A stretch of DNA of 64,000 nt from Klebsormidium nitens (Eukaryota > Plantae > Klebsormidiophyceae). Where the stretch lies: the NCBI GenBank assembly GCA_000708835.1, contig DF237384.1, positions 1-64,000 on the forward strand, in the 5' to 3' direction. Positions 1-10,300 of the stretch are shown in pieces; position 1 is the stretch's first letter; every line of letters starts with the position of its first letter. Position numbers and translations under genes: made by a program. The notes below the pieces were generated by a model that saw only the letters and a program-made list of their open reading frames with translations, did no database searches and was not told the origin of the DNA.

Positions 1-169
1 ACAGGCTGCAGTCTAGCTAGTCGTACACAGACTTACCTACAAAGGCCGGAGGAAGGAGAGGCGAAAAAGTGGGAATATGCAAATAAGGGAGAAAAGATAC
101 ATATCATCTTGGTTGGTCCGAAAGATACCTAGTCCTAGGTACCAATAGGTACAGTTCCTTTTGCTAGAC

Positions 170-207
170 GTACCTATCTGTGTCAGTTGTACCTATCTGT
201 GTCAGTT
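170..207. repeat. 19-bp tandem duplication
   Basis: gtacctatctgtgtcagtt x2. Confidence 0.95.
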
Positions 208-655
208 GAGTCCAAGTACATCCAAAGATCAGATCATATATAGGTGAAATCTTTTCTGCCATGTCTGCATGTGGCTTTCTCAGAAATGGAGATTCGCGTG
301 AAGATATCTAACGTGTACGGAATTTGGCCAGCTCTGTCAAAATCGATTTCCTACTCTAGCACTCTATCCAACCTAGTCCTCAATCCCAGCTAGAATCGTA
401 GCTAGCAGAGTCGTGGAAGCTACGTTTGATAGTGCGCTTGCCGTTACACTGAAATTGGCTGGAGCCAGCTGTCTGTGTCCAGGTCGGCCGCAAATGAAAA
501 AGTGTAAGAAAAGTGCACTAGGTACACTCTTTGACTCTAGTGCTTCAAAATATCTGCATGGCCAGCTAAGTGGTGGTGCATTATTGATCCAGCTTTGACT
601 CCCTGCAACGGGCCTGCAACACCGTGCTTAGTCGCCAAACGATTCTTCTCCTTTC

Positions 656-690
656 CCTCGAGCTATTCTTTTCAAAAGAGTAGCTCGAGG
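656..690. other. 35-bp near-perfect palindrome upstream of the giant gene
   Basis: cctcgagctattctttt-c-aaaagagtagctcgagg: 17-bp arms with one G-T pair. Confidence 0.85.
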
Positions 691-901
691 TCGATTTTCG
701 TGGTCACCAGGTCTAGTCAACAGGTGTGATTACGTGCCCTGGCATGGTACGAGGAGGAAGAGCAGTGGGAGCTCAGATTCAGCACGGAATGTGGTTAAGC
801 AAAGATACAGCTGATATATATGCAGCAACCATAGGAGTGTTCCCTGCAAAGTGAAGGATAAGGAGCACCCCCGCTCAGAGGCCTGGAAGAGATAGGGCCT
901 C

Positions 902-907
902 ATGATG
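902..907 (+). CDS. Possible upstream mini coding exon (ATG ATG) splicing to the acceptor at 1221/1222
   Basis: ATGATG|GTGAGT donor with an in-frame TAG at 893-895. The acceptor gttctcctccccag|TTG TGG ATG at 1222 is in phase 0 with E1. Confidence 0.35.
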
Positions 908-1227
908 GTGAGTGGTGGCGCTGGACACTAATTCATTGCAGCATCCCAACTTGCAGAAGCCTGCTGTGGTGCGGTCCCTTAGCTGCAACAAAAGGGATGG
1001 AAACCTGGATGCTTCCATGCATTACTGGATGTTCATTCTCGATTATGTTCGCGCTTACCAGATTGATCAAAAGGAAAGTGGTTAAAGGCACACTGGCAGA
1101 TGTTACAAGCAAAGAAGCAGCTGATACAATGCATTGCGCCGATGAGCATCAAGCCGAGGGGGCCTTGAAACACAGCCTCACCTTTGAGGTGCTGAGTTTG
1201 GACTGTGGTTCTCCTCCCCAGTTGTGG

Positions 1228-1327
1228 ATGCAGGGGCCTGACCTTGGCAGGTGCTCCGCTTTTCGTCGACGATGTGAATATGTATTGCTTTTTTTCTGCA
1301 TCATCGCGGCCACTGGAGTTGGTCAAG
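1228..1327 (+). CDS. E1, signal peptide
   Basis: MQGPDLGRCSAFRRRCEYVLLFFCIIAATGVGQ has basic n-, hydrophobic h- and small-residue c-regions. Donor CAAG|GTAAGA, phase 1. Confidence 0.75.
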
Positions 1328-4300
1328 GTAAGAATTACACTAGTCTTGAGGCAGTGAAGAACCGGATCATCACACGAGTCCACACAGAGATTCTCATCAC
1401 ATGGAGTTTGTGCTAAAGTCTATCATCAGTTCCAAGACCATCAATATGGAATTAAGCTTGAAGAAGTCAATCAGGAGATGCAGGCAATGAAAGTGCAGAT
1501 GATTGTTCTGGGAGGCTTGCTTCCATTTGAGGCATTGCTCATTTTGGTGCTTTGCACTAGATCCCGAGGGATGTAGAATCAAGTCATCTCAACCACTTGG
1601 TGCAGCTTCGGCAGCAACAGTTGCGGTTAGCGCGTACTGGCCTGGGGCAGGTTCGAATGCAGGTAAGTACTATGCTTGGACCAGTTGGGAACACCAGGTG
1701 GTTCTCCAGGACACCTCAATCTGCATCCTCTATTGACCGCCAAGCGTCGCTCTCTGGCCTTGTTGTGACTCTGGACCTTGGTCCAGTTTCTTCAACTTTG
1801 TATCCAAGCCTTCTTCATATCGGCATCCGATGAGGTTTGCGGATGACAACTCAATCAGCAACAAGCAATTCCTACTTTGATTGAATTCCATCAAGACAAC
1901 AGCCTTTACAAAAGCGAAGCTTTCAAGGATTGAACAGCCTGCCATTGCCAAGGTCGTTCCCCTCATCCCCGCCTCTCACATGTGAGAAGAATGGGACGCA
2001 GTGACTTTGCACATGTAAGAGACTTGCTTGCATCCTTTCTGCATGGTTATTGCAAGCGATCCTGACATTTCCAATTGATACGAGTAACCTCCATCAAGCT
2101 GATAGATATTCCGGGCCTTTTCTCCTTGATAATGCGTGCAAAACTGTAGCCAGCAACAGTCTTTCAGTCACCCCTCAAATAGGTCGGAGCCACAAGAATG
2201 GACACTTTCAAGATGCAAATGGATGTCCCCATTTGCTCAAGCAGATACGAACATATCGTTCTCTCCCACAGGTGGAAGCATCCTTTCAGTTGAGCTGAAC
2301 ACATCACTGCCAGACTCTTATGACACCCTGTACTGCAAGTTTGACAAAACAGTGGTTGCAACTTACGCTTCTGAGGCAAGCAGTACAAGCGGAGGGCCAA
2401 CTGCGTCGTTCATAGTTCCATCCTCTCGCAAGGAGAGGCAAAAGATAGAGCTCGCAGTCAGCTCGGACAACGTCACCTTTGAGGTCTTTGGAAGCTTCGT
2501 CTATTATGGTGGGTTCAACTTCTTTGCTTTCGCTTTTCAATTCTACTACCTTATACCAAGATATGGTGCTGCGGAGAGTTTTGGATTCAGGGGGATGAGC
2601 AGAGGAAAGCGTTTGCAAGCAGACGACTGTCAGCGTAGGAGGCTGAAGATTTCGTTCATGATGAAGCTTTGCCATCGGAAGCATTTTCAATAGTCCAATT
2701 TCTCTGTACTATGAGAAGGGACTCTGCTAATTCGGGAGAAAAGTTCTCACCAGAGGGAAACGAAGCTGTGCAATAGAAGCCTAAAGAATGTTTTTCAGAC
2801 TCCTTTCTCCTTCAAAGCAATCTTGACGACCTTCCTGTCCTTGCTCGCATGCAGAACCTCTACAGATCCACTCCATCGCTCCTGCTGTGGGCCTTGTGAC
2901 TGGAGGCACTCTCGTCCGCATAGAGCTGCAGGCAGACCCGTGGCCAGGCGGTTTCACGCAAGCGCAGGCGGACCTCGTCGCTCAGCCGAGCTGCAGATTT
3001 GACGACATCACAGCCGTTGGATCATACCACGCGCCTGGCTCAGATTCGCTGCCTTCGATCACGTGCAAAAGTCCCCTAGTCAAGGCAGGGCCTGGCCCAG
3101 TCAACCTGACGGTATCGCTCAACGGACAGGAATGGACTTATTCGCGTGCGACGTTTACCTACCTGAATGTTCCGGCCGGGGGGGTTTCACAGCCACTTAT
3201 AATCCAGCAAGTCGCAGAAGCGGAAGCGCTGACCTCCTGGGAAGAATACCTGCTGGCAGCAACCGGAGGGCTGCAAAGCTTTCCCAAGTTCGGGATTGCA
3301 GAAATTGGGCCGTCTAATCCTGGCGTCTACAGAGTTCCCAGTGGTAAGGGGATGTCTTCCGTTACTTTCGACTCAAGCATCTTGACAAGCAGGTTCTGTT
3401 CTTGGCAACTCCTCTGAAAAGTCAAAAAACTCCTTTGCTTCATGACCCCGTCCTGTGTTTCGGTCAAGTCTTCAACTCTCGAAAGGAACGTAGTAATGTT
3501 TCTTTTACATCGCTTGATCCTCTATTGCGTTCAGGGTGCTACTCGGTAGGAGTCAGCTCCCGTGAGTCCCTTCGTACAAGATTCCTTACGCCCGGCCAAA
3601 CGGTCGTTGAGTTCAAAGCAAGGCGTCTTTGCAGGTTGAGCCGAGAAGCTGAATTCAGCTTCAAAGGCGATGTATAGTTGGCATCCTATTTATCCTTGTA
3701 CTCTGCTTTTCAGGGGGCACTTCGTTCTACGGTCCTGGGAGAGACAGCTTTTATGGATCAGGGGATGACGATTTCTACGGTTTGCCATCTGGTAAGGCTG
3801 CCTACCCGTCTTGAAAGGAGAGAGGACTTCTTCTCAATCATCTTGGCAATCATCTTGCTCCGCTCCCTTGCGCTCAAGAACTGCTGATGCTGAGTAAGCC
3901 GATCACAGCTCTTGTTTGTTGAGGATGAATTTCGAAGAAAATATACGCCTTTGACACCTTACTGTATATAAGAGACCCCCTTCTTCCGATATCTTTGGGC
4001 CGCAACTAAGGGGAGCTCCTGGTGTGGAGTGCTTTGCGTACAGAGATGCTTGTTTCCCGTCTCCTTGCACTAACAAGCACGATTGCCCCTCTGGAATCAC
4101 CTTTGCCAGTTGTGGATGCTCAGCAATATGACGTCAGATATCCCTCGGATATAAATTATTGTTGTCAAGTTTTCAACGCTCGACTTTGTTTGTTTGCCCC
4201 TCAGTTCCTGGCTACGTTGCACAGTCCGCCTGTATGTACGCTATGCATCCGCGCGTGGGCCCTGTCACGGGGAGCACGACAGTGTCTATCCTCCTGACTG

Positions 4301-7300
4301 GCCAACTACCCCCTCCCCCGCTCGTGACGCCATTCTGCTCATTTGGCGGTCAGCAAGTTGCGGGAACCTATGGGACTTCTGAGGATAGCCACACCACCAT
4401 ACTCTGCGCCGCACCCGCAACCGATAATGCCACGACTTTGACCGTGCTTTTCAGCCTGGACGGCAGCCACTTCATCTCCGCCGGTGCAAGTTTCACGTAT
4501 TACGGTGAGTCTAGAAATGCGGAAGGGATCAGGTTTGTGTCAACTCCATGCCTGGAAAATGCTTTTGGCTACATGAAGCTGCCGCTTGGTCGTTTGTGTG
4601 TAGTTAAGCTCTGTTGATTGGATCGAACAGGTCAAAGTTTAGAACCATTTTCTACAATCTAAGATCTAGAAGAGACTCTTCGAACTGCCCTGCTTTGCTT
4701 GATAGGAAGCTGATTCCGGCAGAACTAAACTGTCGACAGATGCTTCTAAGGTACCCCGGGGAACTACAGGGGAAGGTCCAACCAATTTATTGCGCTTTGA
4801 CTGTCCAACAGGTGTTGATGTCTGACTGTCCAACAGGTGTTGATGTCCGGCGATCTCGACTTGTACCAAACTTGCCCGCTCTGCTTCCAAAAGCCGAGTC
4901 CTACTCCCCTCTCGAGCAATTCGAATCTCCCCCTCCCTTTCTTGCAGCGCCTTTTGCCGCCAACACCTTCAGGAACGTGCCCCCTGCCCAGGACCAGCAG
5001 TCACCATTCCAGCCCATCATCCCTCTCGACATTTCCATTTTCCCGGTCGAATTCCTTGACTACGACAGCGTTGCACTGACGGCGAGTTGCAGACTAGACG
5101 GCCTGGTCACTCCGGCAGTCTACAACCCCCTGTCAGATGTATACTACTACCCAGACGGGGTGCAAAGCCGGCCGTCGATCAGCTGCTTTACCCGAGGGGC
5201 GGAGGGCGGGGACTTTGTCCTCCAGGTCTCGCTTGACGGCCAGAATTACGTCAACGTGTCGACGCCCCTCAATGCAACAGTAAACTTTAACGGGCCCCAT
5301 GTCGACCTGCCTGCGCTGGACGTCAACGCTACCCTGTCCCTGCGGGCGCGCCCATACTACCCGCTCGCGCCTTCCGTGAGTCTCTGCACGACGTTCAACG
5401 GCGATGCGGCCGCGAGGAAGGCAGCGCTTGCCAGCCTGGCGATCTCAAAGGGGGACCTTGCCCCGGCTTTCAAAGCGCTCGTGCTCGCGTACTCGGCCAA
5501 CCTTCTCTCAAAATCCGCTAGCGGCTTCAGCATCACCGTCGTTCCTGCCGCGGCCGGGTCTCGCGTCCGGGTTGGCACGGTGAAGCTGCAACCCACTTGG
5601 GTTAGCAGCGGGGTTATCGACAACGTATTCTTCCCGACAAACCTGAGCGTGGGTCTGCATAACCTGAGTGTGGAGGTTACTGCTCCCAACGGGCTTAATC
5701 AACTGGTTTACCAAGTTGCACTCTGGGTGCACACTTCGGCGCCCGTCCTCAGCGTCAGCCTGACGGCCGGAAGCCTTAACCCGCCTTTTGATGTCGACGT
5801 TTACGACTACACCGTGGCGCTAGACGCGGGCGTGCGCAGTATCTCGCTCCTGCCAACCCCGACCAACATCTCCTCCACGCGCGCGTACCTCACCAGGCCT
5901 AGTTCCGACCCTGGGTCCGGCCGGACGGTGTATGCGGCTCTCGACTGGTACCGGCGCAGCGGAATCAACCTCTACTCTGACGCGTGGCCGCAGCCCAACT
6001 CGGCGTGCCCCACGTATTCCAGCCTTCACCAAGGGGAGGGCGTTGACGGAATGAACTGGGGCTCACTTATGAGCGGCTGGCCCTGGTGGGCGCCCGGTTC
6101 GTGGCTCCCGGTCTCCCTCGACTGCGTCGAAACCACAGTCGTGCAACTTGTGGTGCAACAAGACGGGCTCCCCACTCGCACCTACACCCTGCGGTTCCGA
6201 AGGGCGGCCGCGGTCTCCACCGCGCCGCTAGGCTTGGCAACGCTGCGGAGCAACTACTGGATGCAAAACGTGGTTCCCCCCTTCGACCCCGCCTTTTTAG
6301 GCCCCTATCAAATCCTCCCAGACCTCCAGCTTCAGTTGGACTACCAGCTCAATCTGGTGGCCACTCCTTCGCAGCCCGGGGCATGCGTGAGGGCGACTCC
6401 CAGTGAGTTTCAGCGCGGGGTTAACAACGTTAACCTAACCGTGACGGCGCTCGACAAGGCGACGGTTACGTACGCGCTGATTCTGGTGGCGCGTTACGAT
6501 GCCCTGGCGGCGACCTCCCTCACAGAGTACAGCCCCACGCGGCCGCCTACCAACGGAAGCGTCCGCGAATATAGCGGGTTCACCGAGACTTATTACGTCA
6601 GGTCGGACGTGGATTACGTCATACTCAGTACATGGACCTGGCTGCCGCAGTCGGTGGTGGCGCTTGACTGCCAAAGTGGCTGTTCGTCTTACGACGCCTG
6701 CACCAAAACGTGCGCCGCTCTCCCAGTGCTGAACGCCAGCCAGTATGCGGAACCGGTGATGACGTCAGTCGACGTCAATTCGCAGGGGCAACTGAGTTTC
6801 GTGGACTGGGCCGCCCGGCGCGCGCAGTGGGCGGTCCCCGTGTCTAGTCTCGGATACACGCGGCTCAACTTGCAGATCGACTGCCAGGGGCTGTGCAACG
6901 ACGAGCGTTTCCCGGGGGCTACCTCGGGGTTATATTCAGTCGTTATTTCCCGCCAGCAGGGGTCGGACACCAGTCTCTCGTCGCTGGGCTTCTCAAACGG
7001 CACTCTTGCGCCCACGTTCAGCGCGGGCGCGAGCGGCTTTTCGGGGACGGTTACAGTGCCAAAGGGTCTGGATGTGGTGCACATCACCGCTGTCGCCACA
7101 GACCCCACGGCTGAAGTCGCTGTGGAAATAGACGGGGCGCCAGCACATCTTCTTCACAGCGGTCACCGGATGGATTTGCCGCCTCCGTTTACTCCGTCGA
7201 TGCTCAAAAACGGCCTGATCGTGCCGCGAAACACGTGGGTTTGGCAGGCTACCCCTCCTAGAGCAAACCAGACCAAGAAGGCGAAATTTGCGGTTACGTT

Positions 7301-10300
7301 CAACAGGGAGTCGAGTCCATGGATGAACTTTTGGGGCTCCACTTACTCCGTTGACCTTGTCACAGCGAGAGGAACGGACTCTTCTCTCGCCGAGCTGTCT
7401 CTAATCCTCCAGAACGGGACAGTGGTTGACGTACTTGATGGGCAATTTGCTGCTCCAGGCGGCACGGTGAGCACGCTTTCATTTCATGAATTACCTCCAT
7501 CTGTAAGGGCTGTGAAGCAGAAACTCCTGAATTCAGATGTGGACCTTTAGACGAATAATTAGCGTTGTTGGCTCAAAGTTATCCTGGATGTGCTTTCTTA
7601 ACGGTGCCGAGTTGCCGAGTCTGAGAAGTTCATAGTTTCTTTGGGAGGGGATCTGAAGCTCCAAGCTTTGAGTTCATCAATCTTAATCAAGCCTGATTGC
7701 TTCGGGGAGTCGTCATTGAAGCTGCCAACACTTCCCGCTCGTACAAGTTGGGGATGTAAAGCTTAAAGGGTCTTCTTGCGTGACAAGAACTTCAGCCAAA
7801 CGTGCCTGCTTGTTATGACGAATTGGCTATCGAAGAGTAAATCTGCACGAAGCCAAACGTCGGAACTGCCGCACGTCATTTGTGTGTTGTCTCAGAACCC
7901 TCTCGAAACACTGGACATCTCCTTCGCAGATAAGCGGTAATTACGTCGTCCCCAAGGAAACGCTGTCGGTTGGGTTGCGCTCCATCACTTCGGACCCGGG
8001 CGCCTCGGTCAACAGCACGACAGTCGCCTCTGTGGATCCCGCTCTAGCCTCCGCCACAACCGTTACAAGCTCCGGGCTGCTCTTTGACGGGTCGAGCTCG
8101 GACACTTCTGTAAACGGCACCAGTATTGCTACCCTGGCGTTGCCCCCCGGCTCCACTACTTCGAACGTAACCCGCTTCTACCAGCTGAGTCAACCTACGG
8201 TAGCGACCAACTTCCTGTTCACGGTAACGGCGGAAGACGGGGTCGCCCAAACCGTGTTTAACCTCTCCGTAACCCGAGAACTCGGCCGCCTGAGCACGCT
8301 CCGCGCCCTGGCCATTACCATCAATGGCACGACCACCAGTTTCGTTGACCAGCAAGACGCGGCGCTCCTCCAAGCGCCCGACGTGCCGGCCGGAACGGAT
8401 TCCGCTGTCCTCAGTTGGACAACGGAGGACCCCGACGCCACGGCAGACTTCTCGGCGGGTCCGGCGTCCGCTGGGCTGCGCAGCCGAACGCAACAGTCAC
8501 GCTGCGGACCTCACCGAACTTGTTCTACCTCAGGGTAACACCCCAGGACGATAGCCAGGCAACGACGTATAACCTTTCCGTCTCCGTTCCGCTCGCCGGA
8601 ACGGNGCGNGGGCCAGCTGCCGCCTTCCCGGCTCGCTTCCGCCCGCTACTTTCCNCCCAGCTAGTTTACGNNNNNNNNNNNNNNNNNNNNNNNNNNNNNN
8701 NNNNNNNNNNNNNNNNNNNNNNNNNNNNNNNNNNNNNNNNNNNNNNNNNNNNNNNNNNNNNNNNNNNNNNNNNNNNNNNNNNNNNNNNNNNNNNNNNNNN
8801 NNNCCGTTCTCCGTTCCGCGTCGCCGGACGGAGCTGGGCCAGCTGACCGCCTTCCCCGGCCTGCTTCGCCCCGCATTTTCTCCCAGCATTTACGCCTACA
8901 CCCTGGTCCTGCCAAGCAACGCTGCCGCCTCCACTATCGCCGTCGCGGCGGCACACGCCAACTCGACCGTCGTTCTTGACGGCTCCACGCCCCGGGCTGC
9001 TAACGCTACTTTTGGTATTGCCGCGGACGGCGCGCCTGTGACCATTTCAGTTGCTTCGGAGGACGAGTCAGCGAGCGCCACGTACACCGTCACACCCCGC
9101 CACCTCCAACCGTTTGAGATGACGCCATACCTAGACTTTTCGGCGAACGCGAGCGAGGCCGTCTCCGGCGACACGCTCAGCTTCTCCATCCGCGCGAACT
9201 GCGCGCGCTACGCGGCCGCGTTTGGCGGCGACGCATACAACTGTGCAGAGCTCAGCGGCCTGGCTTTGGAGCTGGTTCTGGTCGCCGTGGACACGGGGAC
9301 TGTGCTCGAGACGAAAGTGGAGAGCGCGCCGGGCCAGGGCCCGTTCAGTTTCTCCCCGCAAGTGGCCGGAGCTTTCGCTGTCCAGGCGAGGCCGTTAGTG
9401 TGCGTCCGGCAGCCGGACGTCTGCACTGGGAAAACCTACCAGCCCCTGAATCTGCCGCAGGTAAGAGATTCAAAACCTTATTGTTTATCATAGACGTTTA
9501 TCCTACAAAAGTAGGTTTAAGAGGAGGTGAGTAGCTTAATTCCAGGGTGTCATGGCCGCTTGAGTGTTCGATTCCCCTCGTTCCTGTCGAGTCCTCCACA
9601 CTACTCTAAGTGGGGGTGTGTCAAATGCAAGGCGGAACTACCATCAACCGGACCTGGTTAAGGACTGATTGAGTGCCTTCTTATCGAATGAATAAAGTTT
9701 AGAGTTGTTTAAAAGCTCATAATAGGGTACAGGCGAGAACTTACGGTTTAAGTGTTCTTTGCAACGGTTAAGATTGGCGGCGCGAAAGGTTGGGGCACGC
9801 CTCAATCCAGGCGACAATACAACGACCTGGGTGTGATGCGGAAGGTTGGGGCACGCCTCAATCCAGGCGACCATACAACGACCTGGGTGTGATGCGTTTG
9901 ACAACATTTGACAACATTTTTCTGACTTGAGTAATTCAGTATCATCGTTAAGAGCCCGTGTAACTTCCTGATGTCACTTCGCCATCTCTTCGGGGGATCC
10001 CTTTCACAAGTCCTCGCTGTTTCTCCTTCAGAACCTGGTCATCCGACCTGGTGCGATCAGCCCCGCAACCAGCCGCCTGATTCTCGCTGATGGTGTCACA
10101 CTGGACCTGGAGGATGAGAGCCCGGTAACCGTGATTCAGCGCGATGCTGGTGAGGGCCAACCGAAGCATTCAGAATTTCAGTTGCATTTTGCCTACCTAC
10201 CCAAATTCTTTTCGTAAGAATGTTCACTCTGTACAGGTGCCAACATTCTTTGTCTCAGGTTCCATCGCTTTTCTGGGGCATCGACCAATAATTCATTTAA

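Noticed and set aside
77-84. Octamer ATGCAAAT near the window start
   Set aside because: A single 8-mer in 64 kb is expected by chance, and there is no supporting context.
997-1221. Longer N-terminus from the in-frame ATG at 997
   Set aside because: It would bury the signal peptide ~80 aa inside the protein. A strong acceptor at 1221 suggests this stretch is intron.
2245-2271. Alternative in-frame acceptor for E3
   Set aside because: Homology with E12/13 and E27/28 and the stronger pyrimidine tract favour 2272.
9786-9896. 56-bp repeat with an internal CCAGG/CCTGG hairpin resembling a CRISPR repeat
   Set aside because: Only two abutting copies, no spacers, no cas genes, and a eukaryotic context.
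10237-10258. Apparent 22-nt micro-exon VPTFFVS
   Set aside because: E8 (10032-10149) already bridges phase 0 to phase 1 and rebuilds the RDAAGN motif. This segment is then phase-incompatible and its donor (GTTCCA) is weak.
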